From: Psilocybe cubensis
Taxonomy: Eukaryota
Length of the DNA: 64,000 bases
Direction: 5' to 3'
Assembly (NCBI GenBank): GCA_017499595.2
Contig: CM039008.1
Span: 1,426,001 to 1,490,000, forward strand
The position numbers and the translations under genes were made by a program. Positions within the stretch are counted from its first letter, which is position 1; every line of letters begins with the position of its first letter. The notes beneath the pieces were generated by a model. That model saw only the letters and a program-made list of their open reading frames with translations, was not told the origin of the DNA and did no database searches. This document shows positions 52,294 to 64,000 of this stretch, piece by piece.

Positions 52294-54994
52294 ATGCGAT
52301 TTTGGTTTGGTTTTCGTATCAGACCTCCATCTTATCTATACCTCCATCGTCGACATATGACCACCTCAGTCAACAAAACGGTACACCCCTTCGATAAGGG
52401 TCGGCTTGAAGCCTTACTGAACCGTAGATTCTTCTATGCTCCCGCTTTTGAGATCTACGGAGGTACGTGGCGATTATAGATTCTGCAACGTATTATCTTT
52501 AATAATCCAATTACAGGTGTTGCTGGTCTATACGACTATGGTCCCCCCGGCTCTTCTCTTCAGGCAAACATCATCGCGGAATGGAGGAAACATTTCATTA
52601 TCGAAGAACATATGTTGGAATTGGATACCACAATTATGACCCCTGCCCCCGTTTTCGAAACCTCCGGCCACGTAGCTAGATTCGCGGATTGGATGGTCAA
52701 GGACACAAAAACTGGCGATGTTCTCCGCGCCGATCATCTTGTCAAAAACGTGCTCGAAGCTCGCTTAGCTGGTGACAAGGAAGCGCGTGGCCAGGCTGCT
52801 GCTCCCCCCACGGACGACAAGAAGAAGAAAAAGAAGGCTGCAAAGGGTGCTGCGGTCAAGCTAGCTGATGAAGTTGCGGCAGAGTATGAGACTATTCTCG
52901 CTCAGGTGAGTTGTCAGTTCTTTTTGTTTTCGCGATCGCTTGGCTAAACGCTCTGAAGCTCGATAACTACTCTGGTGCCGATCTCGGTGAACTCTGCAGA
53001 AAACACGACCTGCGAAATCCAGACACGGACAATGAAGTCGGAGAGCCTCAGCTGTTCAACCTTATGTTCGCGAGCAGCATTGGACCCACTGGCCAACATC
53101 CCGGGTAAGTCATCCAGACTTTGAACACCATCTCGCTTCAATTTAAACTATTGTGTTAGTTACCTTCGCCCTGAGACCGCTCAGGGGCATTTCCTCAACT
53201 TCTCGCGCCTGCTGGAATTCAACAACGGCCGTGTACCCTTTGCCTCTGCCCAGATTGGACGCTCGTTCCGAAATGAAATCTCACCACGCGCAGGTCTGCT
53301 CCGTGTCCGCGAGTTCACGATGGCGGAGATCGAGCATTACGTGGACCCTGACGATAAGAAGCACGAGCGATTTGGTGAAGTGCGCGACGTTAAGCTTGTC
53401 CTGCTGGATCGACACATCCAGGAATCGGGCAAGAACACTACCACTGAGATGACTGTCGGAGAGGCTGTCGATAAGGGTATCATCGCAAATGAAACCCTCG
53501 GCTACTTTGTTGCTAGAATCCACCAGTTCCTCGTCAAGATCGGCATCAATCCACAGAGGCTTCGGTTTAGGCAGCACATGGCAAACGAGATGGCCCATTA
53601 CGCGACTGACTGCTGGGACGCGGAAATCCACAACTCTACTGGCTGGACCGAATGTGTGGGTTGCGCCGATCGTGCTGCCTACGATTTGACTGTCCACAGC
53701 AACAAAACTGGCCATCCTTTGGTTGTCCGTCAAGCTTTGAAGGAGCCAATTGTTACTGAGAAGGAGGTGCCCGAGTGGAATAAGAAGGCGCTTGGGAAGA
53801 CATACAAACAGGACGCTGGCGTCATTCAGAAGATTGTAGACTCAATGGATCAGGAGGGGCTGGTCAAATTGAAAGGGCAGCTCGCTCAAGGGTAGGAAAC
53901 ACGTTGGTTCTCGATAATGACGAATCGCTGACCAATTCTTCACAGAAAAGCCGTTATCACATCCTCGGAAGGAAAGGAGTTTGAAGTTACTCCTGAGGTG
54001 CTCACCATCGAGTTGAAGACACTAAAACAGTCAAGTGAGTCATAAAAGCAGAAATAACGGCCATCAAAATTGCTCAATCTCCGTAAACCAGTACGCGAAT
54101 TTACCCCTAATGTTATTGAACCTTCCTTTGGTCTGGGTCGCATTCTGTATACTTTACTCGAGCATAGTTTCTGGAGCAGAGAGAAAGACGTTGAACGTGG
54201 TGTGCGTATATGAATAATATCTGCCATTTAGAATGAAGCTTACATACACCGCATCAGGTACTGTCACTCCCGCCCGTAGTTGCGCCCACCAAGGTTCTCA
54301 TCGTGCCCTTGAGTGCCCGAGAGGAGTTTGACCCGTTGGTCAAGGAAGTTTGTGCGTCTCTTTATTTCTATTGTACGCCCATCTGGTTTGACTTTATCAA
54401 CTGACGGCATCTGTTTCTTCTTTCGTCTTTCATTTCTCTCTTGGGTGGTCCTTGGCTGGTTTCAAAACGAAAAAAAAAAACGTTAAGCTTCGAAACTGCG
54501 CAAGGCAGGTGTATTTTCGCGCGTTGATGACTCGAATACATCCATCGGTAAACGATATGCCCGCAATGATGAGCTCGGTACGCCGTTTGGGGTCACGCTG
54601 GACTTTGCTTGTACGTCAAACTCCGTTCCATCCGTCTTGATGACTTAAACCGTTTCTCTGATACCTAATCTTGTCCTCCCTCTCCAAATACAGCCGTGCA
54701 AAACAGAACAATGACACTGCGGTGGGTTGCTTTCCATTTGGTTTTGGTTTCCACGAAAGAGCCACTATCTGTTCCCCCCTCCCCCCTTGATTGTGTTTTG
54801 ATTATTGATTGGCTGATCGTTTCCTTTCTTTTTTATCGGTTTTTGTTTACAGCGAGCGAGATACGATGGACCAGAGAATAGGATCCATCGACGAAGTCAT
54901 TGCGGTTGTCACGGACCTCGTCTTTGGGAATATTACATGGGAGGAGGCCTGTACACGTCTGCCGGCGTATGATGGTGTCCAAGCCATCGAGTAG
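52294..54994 (+). CDS. GRS1: Glycyl-tRNA synthetase (class II), likely dual cytosolic/mitochondrial
   Basis: [80 protein letters not shown]. In-frame ATGs at 52294 and 52357. Confidence 0.96.
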
Positions 54995-54999
54995 ATTGG

Positions 55000-57900
55000 G
55001 TTGCCTTTCGATTGCGTTACGCATACGCATACGGATAATGGATAACGGATAACGTGTGATCGACGTTCTATCGTATGTAAATGAACGGACGGACAGACAG
55101 ACGGGGTGGCAACACACAAAAAAGAGTATGGGGGTTGAAAATTTGAAAAAGGGAATTGTAATTTTGCTTTGATGCTTTGAGTTAATAGAAGGGCTTGTAG
55201 TTGTGAAAGTTGTGAAATGAAAGGGTTGAAATTAAATTGAAAGGGTTGAAATGAATGAATGAGTGCCCTGTCGAGTGTATAAGCTTAGCTTAAGTTACAT
55301 GGCAGCAATGCGGGCTGGTTCAGAGGTCCTGATCCTCGTCTTGGTCGGTCAAAATTGTATTGCGTTGCGTTGGATTTTTTTTTTTTCTTTAGCTTTTTTT
55401 ACAAGTGGCCGCGCCATGCTGCATCCTTGATCCTTGCGTAATCAAAACGGCAGGGGCGCAGAATCCAGATGGATCATGGACGCCAGGTGCCAGGGCACTG
55501 TGCTATTTCTACCGTGCGCGGCGCGCGCTGATGTTGATGTTGATTTTGAATGCGAATATGAATACGATAAATGTAGAGTCAACTCGTGAGTGTGGATGTG
55601 AACGCGAATGCGAATGCGAATGCGTCCGAGCATTGGGATTTGATTCAGATTTGGGACAGGAACATGAACAAGACATGAACATGAACATGAACATGTCAAA
55701 GAACAGAACAGAAACTAACTAGGAACATGTCAAAGAACAGAACAGAAACTAACTAGTACAAGTCTATAAACAATCTCGAACCTCGAACCTCGAACTTTGA
55801 ACCTGAAAACTTGGTGTCATTCTTGGGTCATTCATTAACCAGCATTAACCTTGATTCTTTGACCGCCATTGACAATTGACAATTGGATGTACATGTGATG
55901 ATTCCATTGAATTCAAGGTCAAGGCCCTCAAAAAAGGTCTGTTCCCCTTTATAATATTATATGTGTATCTATATCTACAGCTATATCTATATCAATATCT
56001 AAAGCTATATCTGTACCTACAGCTATATCTAAAGCTATATCGATAGATATATCTATAGTCGTACTACTACGTTGACTTGAATGTGCTATTTTTTGCTATA
56101 CAAGTAATACAGGAGGGAGGGAAGGAGGGAGGGAGGGAAAAAGCTCACGTTTTGTGCCGAGCCGTGCGCACTGCACACTGCGCCGGGTGCCGGGTCGGTG
56201 GTCAGGGTACTATAGTACTTATGTTAAGAAGGAGGTCAGCGGGTCCTCAATCCTCGATTCTCGAGTCTATTAGTGTTAGTGTTATTTAACCGCGCTGTCG
56301 GCTGATATTAGAGACACTCACAGAGAGAGAGAGAGACAGAGAGAGACAGAGAGAGAGAGAAGTCAATGGTCACATGTACGCGTGTAATTTACGAACAACC
56401 TGAACTTGAATTTGAATATATATCGCGAGGACTGGACGAGGAATATGTTAAGGATGAAGACGGAGGACGGAGGACTGATTTAGACTCTCGAGTCTCCAGT
56501 CTCGTTCTCGTTCTTGGTCACTGTTAATTGGAATTTAATATATATATTAAAGTTCTCGTTTGGGATCGATCACAGGATGTAGGATACAGGATACAGGATA
56601 CAGGATACAGGATACAGGATACAGGATACAGGATACAGGATACAGGATACAGGATACAGGATACAGGATATAGAATACAGGATGCAGGGTTATAGATGGG
56701 ACGTGATGTCGATATGACGACTGGACTAGTTTGAATATCTGATTAGCTGATTAGCTGACTAGGGGCGAGGTGGGGTGAGGACTTGAAGGTAGGAAAGGGA
56801 AGGAAAGGGAAGGGGTAAAGAAAAGCGAAGGGAAGGGGTAAAGGAAAGGGAAGGGGTAAAGGAAAGGGAAGGGGTAAAGGAAAGCGAAGGGGTAAAGGAA
56901 AGCGAAGGGGTAAAGGAAAGCGAAACGGGAAAGCAAAGCGAAGGGGAAAGAAAAGGCAAGGAAAAGGAAAAGGCAAAAGAAGAACCAAGAACAGAAGAGA
57001 AGCTCGAAGCTCGAAGCTCGAAGCTCGAAGCTCGAAGCTCGAAGCAGAGCAGCCCAAAACTGAAACTAAACTGAAAGCCAATCGGTGGTAGAAATAGAAG
57101 TAGAAGGAGAAGATTGACGGGAAATTTGGGGTACACTACCTTTTTCGAGTCGTAGGATGATGATGGGTGGTGATGATGATGTAGGATTTAGGATTAGGAA
57201 CGGGATTAGGAACGGGAACGGGAACGGGTCAGGCCTTCAGGTTCAGGATGATTGGATCGTAGGTGGTGGATGGTGGATGGTATGCTAGATGATTGGATGA
57301 TGGTGGATGGTGGATGGTAGATGTTAGATGGCTTCCTTTCATCGCCGTCCTCGTCCTCGTTTTTATATACCCACAGCGCGTTTCGCGATTTTATTGGGCG
57401 ATGGGCGATGTGGTAATGGTGAGGGCGAGGGCGAAGACCATGTCGGCGTCGGAGGTTACATAGGATTCGATTGGCTGGCTGGCTGGTTACTGGTAAATGT
57501 ACAGCGTACAAGGGTCACGAACACGACCCACGAGCACGAGCACGAACACGAGTCGCAACCCGCAAACGCATCTTATCTAAGGAAAAGGAAAAGGGTTAAA
57601 AGACGTTACGCGTTAATATTCAATATTCAATTGATGATCAGGGCCCCAGGATTGGTCAATGGATTGACGGTCCTATCAATTACGCTCACGGTTTCCTTTC
57701 CGTTCCTTTCCTTCCTCATTGGCCGTTGGCGATTGGCGGATCCCCCTTGCGCGTGGCACTGGCGCTGGCACTGTCATTGGCGGACTTGGATGGATATGTA
57801 GCGTTACTACGCTCCTGTGCCAAAAAACAAAAACAAAAGACGCGGTGTTGACGGGTGGGTACTGAGTGGGTGGAGGTGCAGAGTAAATTGTGACTGACGG

Positions 57901-58300
57901 TGCGCGTGCGCGTGTGCGTGTGCGTATGCGTGTGTGTGCGGGCGGCGGTGGCAGGTAGATATTTGACTGGCTGAGAGTCTAAGTGGAGTGAAATGGGAAA
58001 TGGGAAATGGGAAATGGGAAGTGATAGCGAAGATAAGACGCACGACGCATTGATGCCGATAGACCGGCAAGCATTGCTCAGCCAGTCAGGTTAGCCAGCC
58101 AGTCAGGTAGGTCAGCCAGCCAGTCAGGTCAGCCAGCCAGTCAGGTAGGCAGGCAGGTGAGGCAGGCAAGTGAATAAATAATATAAATGAATGAATGGAC
58201 GAAAATGAATGAATGGTAATTTAATGAACGCAATCAACGAAAAACGGACAAAAACCAACGAACGAATGGGGTGCACGAGAGCGAGAGCGAGGGAGAGTTT
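55000..58300. repeat. Dense cluster of micro- and minisatellites
   Basis: (AGGATAC)x12 at 56581-56664, 18-bp GGAAGGGGTAAAGGAAAG units ~56800-56940, (AAGCTCG)n ~57000-57044, ~35-bp duplication ~55690-55755, (AG)n ~56320-56360, CAGCCAGTCAGG units ~58078-58150. Confidence 0.9.
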
Positions 58301-59420
58301 TCCTGTCGTTTTGGTTGTCAGAGTCAGAGTAAATGGAGAAAAGCGACAGATGAAGGGCGTTGACGGGCGGATTCGCGGTCGGACGGCGGCGGCGGGTGAA
58401 AGGGGGAGAAACTCAGAAGTGGGTGGGTGTTTTTAAAAAAAGAAATGCTGTGCTGTGTAGATATTAACTTGTATTACATAGAGGGAGGAGCGGTAAGGAC
58501 TCACAGCGGTTCTGGGTGTATAGAGTAGGGATTTCAGCGGCGGACACGTGGATGAGTATAGCAGCGTAAAAAAACGGACTTTGCGAAAAGAGTCAGATGA
58601 CGGTAGGTCAGGCGCGATAGTTTTGTCTTTTTTGTGTTTTTTTCTCAAGGGGCGAGAGTAGAGTCCTGTTCAGGAAATGTCGAATGCGGCCGATGTGCGA
58701 TGAGCCATCGAGGTGGGTTGGATTCTTGATTAAAACAAACGTGAATTAGAGTTCTCGAGTAGAATTCTAGTTTTGGTGGTGGATTGACAGGATTGCCGTG
58801 CCGTGGCGAATCTGGAAAGGGGAGGTGGATGCACGGATGATATAGCACTGGTGAATGCTCACAGAACTTGAATGGATTGGTAGATTAATATTGACAACAT
58901 GACTATGTCTTTCTTTCTGGTGATCCTGAAAGGGCATGACGATACAGGAATGCCTCTAATAGTTTAAATAAATTGATTGTTGGGAGCGATTAGAGGAGAC
59001 ACGCGAGGGACGGGCATGGGAGGGCAAAGAGAGACTAGTCCCAGTTAAGCTGCCGTTTATGCAGGCGTGAAACATGCAGTTTTCCTTTTTGGAGGGATTA
59101 GGACCACAGCGTGAGTTGTTACGCTATGGAGGAGAAAGCTGGCGACATTTCTCTAAAGAGTCCGTCACCCCAGAATACACGAGGACTGACAACTCGCGCC
59201 GGCCAAAACCGGCGGGCTATCGAGTCGAGAGGAAATTGAAGCACACGGTAATGTTGAAATCATCAATCTCACCAGATCTCGCCAACCTGTCGTTCAGAGA
59301 TCTTCCCTCAGATTTCCCCTCTGTCACGCGTTCCATCCACATTCAACCTCTCTCTCTATAAATCTCACAATCCATCTGCCCCCAATTCCAATTTTCCCTC
59401 CCTCATCCCGTCAATCCAAA

Positions 59421-59886
59421 ATGACTACTCAGCGCAAGTCCATACCCTCCAATCTCGTCGCATTCCCCAGCGTATCTTCTTCGCTGCATTCTCTACCACA
59501 GGCGACCAGTCTCCAGAATGTATCCCTGCATTCAAGCTCAAATGCGCTACGGGCAGCAGAGAGTGAAGCCAAGGTCTGTCTCCATCCACCCATCCAACCA
59601 AGACGCGTCGTGCTCATCCACCCTGCAGCTGCAAAAAGCACTGGCAAAAACTTCTTCATCATTTACACCGCAGGTTCAGCCTATGATGTACCACACCTCT
59701 GTATGTAGTCGCCCTTCCCTCTTGTATCGTCGCGCAACTCACAGACTCCTGTAGCCACTACCTGCCTCTCACGATCCATCAGGGGGACTCATGATGCGCA
59801 CAGTACGTCGTTGACAACCCGTACAACCGCTCCATCCAGTCCTCATCCCATACTCCTTTCCGCAGAAATCTAAATTCTCAACATAA
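59421..59886 (+). CDS. Putative 97-aa four-exon microprotein
   Basis: TATAAA ~59357, pyrimidine-rich leader, CAAAATG start. Exons 59421-59573, 59629-59700, 59755-59802 and 59866-59886 are joined by three phase-0 GT-AG introns (55, 54, 63 nt) into an uninterrupted frame ending KSKFST*. Confidence 0.7.
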
Positions 59887-62800
59887 CATCCACTCCTACC
59901 CTACCCCTACCAATACCAAACTCCTCCTATGCTCGCTGGACCCTTACCCCCTCCGTCTACCGCTCCCGCTGCCGCTTCAGTCGGCTCCCCCACCTCAAAA
60001 AAACCCATCACTTATCCATTCATCCCATCAACTGCATGCTTTCCTCGCTTTCGTCTCGCATAAACTCGAACCATAGACATCCATGTACAATCTTTCCATT
60101 TCTATTATCTTACTCGTATTTCGGTCGGGGTACTCGGTCTAATCTTATTAGTTTTTTTTGTGCTTTTTTTTCTCTTTTTGGTTATCATAGAACTGCATTT
60201 CTCATCGTTTGTATTTAGTATACCGTCTGCTTTTTTTCAATCATTGGTCTTTTGGGCACCATCTCACTTCCGTGTCGTGCTTGTGTGTAAATAACGTGAA
60301 AAAGAAGGTATGTCCTGATCATGTTCCTTCTTCAAGTTGATATTCTATCATTGTGGCTCGGGTTCATTCTAGCTAGCACCAGGCCATCTTGTTACCATCG
60401 CGTTTGTTTGTTCAACTTAAGCCTTAAACAAGCGCAGGCACAGCAAGGGAATCAAGGAATCACACCGCAACCAGATCCCCATCCCATCCCATCCATCCCA
60501 CTCGTTTCACATACATAGCTCTCGGTAGCGGTTGCCTCTGTGACTCTCAGGTCTCCCGTGGCTACCGCGTCTCGTGTCTCGTGTCTCGCGTCTAATTATG
60601 TCCCCTCAGCGACCTTATTTTTATTTTACTTTATTGCAGTGCGCTTCCGTCCTGTCCTGGTCCTGGTCCTGGGATGTGCGCACTGCGCAGTTGACTTTTT
60701 CGGCGATCACAAGTCGGCGTCGGCAGGGATGCAAAAAAAGTTCAGGGTGGGTTACTGGCTCCCACTAACATGAACCCACCCCACCCACGGCGCACGCAGA
60801 GCTATTATTATTCCCGCCACGTGGTTGCCGAAATAGCTAGTATCAGCGCCTCCTAACTGCCAAGCTCTTTGACGGTGACGGACATGTCAACACCTAGCGC
60901 GGGGTCAGTCAGTCGCTATGATTAAAAGATTCTCCATGCCATGCTCCATGCTCCCTGTCCAGGTCCAGGGAAACCTGGGGAAACACTGCACTGGTGTACT
61001 GGTGTACTGTGCCACTGTGAATTGAAAACTGTGAACTGTGCAGTGACTCGGATACTGTGCACAGTGCATCAATGCATCAGGGGCCACGCCGGCCCACCAT
61101 TGCTCCTCCGCCTGTTCATGTGTACTATCCTCCGCCTGTTCATGTGTACTATGATACACCGGTGTACTAATCCACCGCAATTTATTGCCATACGTCCGCT
61201 CGTGATTCAATGTGGGTCTCCCCCGGTTCACCAGCACCCAGCACCCAGCACCCAGCACCTAGCGCTCTCACTGATTTTTTAACCTGTACAGGTCCCGGAG
61301 TAATTACAGCAGCAGCCGCGCGCAGCCGGGGGGTGAAGGAACAGGACGTGGACGTGTGATTTTTGATATACTGATGAGTCGGTCGGTCCAACAATCAAAA
61401 GACTCAACACCCACGCAGTATTTCTCACAAAGTCCATGTCTGACCAGTGAACATCGCATCAACAATGATGACTTGGGCGCGGGTTTCGAGTTTGTATATA
61501 ATATGAGAGGGGATGATCAAGAGTTGCGGATCCCTTTCTTTCGGGACGTACCTTCCTCTTCCGAATAACCTTACCTCCCCGAGCGGCTCGTTCAGGTAAG
61601 CCGGAGGACGAAAACCGCGCTTTCGAGTTTCGACTACCGGACATTGGACAATGGGCATCGACGCGTCTGCGCGATCCCGCGTATACATATTATACATATG
61701 TATATACTACGCACGCACGCCGAGTCGACTCTCTCAAAACTCAATGGGCGTCCGGACCTTGCTTGCGATTGCGATTGGCCTTGGGGAGTTACTAATACCA
61801 GTTGTCATGCGTTTGCTGATCAACGACCCACCCGGCCACTTACCCACTTTACCCACCCACCCACCTTACCCAGCGTGTAGCGCTAGCGCTAGCGTGAATG
61901 CGCTGCACCTCTTAATTCTCCGATTCTCTCTGGGCCCAGCTTATTTTTATTATATTAGAACCTTGAACTCCATGCAGTATGATATAATGGAAGATAGTCT
62001 TCTCTCCGCTATATGCTTGTGCTTATTGATAACACCCTCGCACTTCGCAATGTGCAATGCGCATTCAACGGCCCATATCTTATATCTCGGTGACCCTCGC
62101 GCCTTCTTCACTAGCGTTATTTCCGTATGTCAGTGATCATGATCATGATCAGGGTAAGTGATTTCGCGTCAGCTTTTTTCCACTTCCCACTCGTTGATAT
62201 TGATATTACAAGTTGATATAGGACAATTGATATAGAATAATGGGTAATGCATAATTGAAAAGCATCCATCCTGCCCGTGCTTTCCTTTTCAGCTCTAGCC
62301 TCGCCATATCTGTTCTTGTCTTTTTAACTTACGAGAAAACATCTCGTAAATGCGGCGGCTTCAGGTGTACATGTGTGATTGGTACTTCCGCCGGGCGGCG
62401 AGACGATCCGCGAGCCACTTGCGCGACCCTTGTTCAGGCTCAGGACTCAGGAGTGGCGGGGCTCCTGAGTCCTGAGGATGGGGATGGGGTACACCCCTTT
62501 TCAGTGTTCACTGGTGGGTCACGACTGTCTAGGTTCTACTTAGAGGCAACTCGGACTTTTGAATCGTATGATTCGTATCGCGCAGAGCCTGGCAAAACTA
62601 CGGTATGCATTGCATGTATGGCGACATACGAGCAATCACGATTCACCAGCACAAAAAATCTCCCTCGTCTCTTTGGCCGAGGCCATATCTATCGCCCCGA
62701 GGTCAATGTTCAGTTCCAATTCCAACACCAATTCCAATTGCAACATCAAAAAACCAAAAACGAAATCTAAACTGTCCATCGATTTTCCCTTGTCAAAAAA

Positions 62801-64000
62801 CGTGTCCTGTCCCCTTTCCCTGTTTTCACTTATTCCCTGTTTTTTTCCATGGGCTGTCGTGGTCATGTCGTAACCCCTCGTATATCTTCTTCGCTCGCCG
62901 TCGCAAAAAACAAATTAAAACTACATAAAGGCAACGTCACTGGACCCTTAGCTGTCTGTCTGTCTCCTAATATAATCCTTCCTATCGGACGTGACCCTAA
63001 CGGAGAACAGAAACTACGGGTTCTGAGTTTATGACTTCTGACCCTGGCAACTGGGCTCGTATGTGTTTTTTTCTCACAGCCTACAGGACCAGGACCAGGA
63101 CCCAACCTGCCGACCGGCCTGGTCTGGTTGGGTACCCCAATTGGCTTATTGGGCGATCTGAGGTTATCTCTGACACTGGACTTGTGCAACGCGTAATGGT
63201 GCGGATGTGTAATGTGCGAATGTGCAATGTGCAATGTGCCATCATAACCGAAACCTTTAAACCTTGTATGATTGTCCTGTCAACTCGGTGCAAAAAACCC
63301 CATTCAATTGAAAGGAAAACGGAATACGGAAAACGGCACACCCGCACCTTTCAAAGTTTGACTTTTCGATGATGATGATGATGTATATGTACATGTACAT
63401 GTACATGTGCCGCACATGGGACAGGGTCTGCGGCTCGTTTGTAAATTGTATTGGTGCTGCTTGCTTGCTGATCTGTACATGTCTGGTGCTACTTGTTCGA
63501 CAAATCACTGATAGTGATTCTGTGTACATGGCAATGCAAGGCACGCCGATATTTCCGCCGGTGCCAAAGCTCGCTCCCTACTTAGTACCTACGTACTCCG
63601 CCTCCAGGCTCCCAGTTCACAGCGTCAGATCAGTATAGCACCTCACCAGACTCCATCCAATGAATGTATCCACATTTCAATTCATTCAATATCCAATATA
63701 TAGTAATAAAAAAAACCAATCTCCACTTAAACCGTCATGACATTGACAATTGCAATTTGTTCACAAAAAACAGAAGGTTATACTTGCAGCAGTGACATCA
63801 TCTGCGCCCGTCCAGGTTTGTATCAGGGATCGAGGGAAGTAGGTTAAATGAAGGGGTGCTAGATAACCTCTTCGGTATCTTCCATCCACATTGCATCGTA
63901 GGAGCCTGAGTCGGAGCAGGCTCCAAATCGCCAACCCTTTCCTTTCCTTTCCTTTCTCTTTCTGTTTCTCAGCTTTCTCTTTCTTTCTTGAGATAGGTCA

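Noticed and set aside
56743-57801. ORFs of 100-157 aa in the microsatellite region
   Set aside because: Translations simply mirror simple repeats (FPLPLR, ELRASS, HEHE).
60900-63640. Several 100-171 aa ORFs on both strands
   Set aside because: Mostly non-ATG starts, no coding-like composition, splice chain or motifs; treated as intergenic.

Overview
This is eukaryotic, intron-rich fungal DNA, most consistent with an Agaricomycete (short ~50-60 nt GT-AG introns with CTRAC branch points). About 19 protein genes and one intron-containing tRNA-Tyr were reconstructed by eye; exon boundaries are manual and no database searches were run. Recognisable housekeeping genes are mitochondrial aconitase, an AIF/AMID-like oxidoreductase, an Ind1/Mrp Fe-S ATPase, a UDP-glycosyltransferase, an SPT small subunit-like protein, a type II NADH dehydrogenase, a CAP10/GT90 glycosyltransferase, an EXPERA-like membrane protein, a bestrophin and glycyl-tRNA synthetase. 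The most striking element is a secreted Kex2/Ste13-type repeat precursor (45681-46472) built like ascomycete alpha-factor. It is predicted to release 13 short peptides ending in [N/D]-P-x-W and lies about 8 kb from an orphan GPCR-like 7TM gene. Also notable are a tandem triplet of 8-Cys small secreted proteins, a tandem array of apparently non-coding exon+intron units (2184-2812), a MITE with palindromic 47-bp TIRs, a UGT whose catalytic His is replaced by Arg, and a 4-exon 97-aa microprotein in a 9-kb microsatellite-rich desert.
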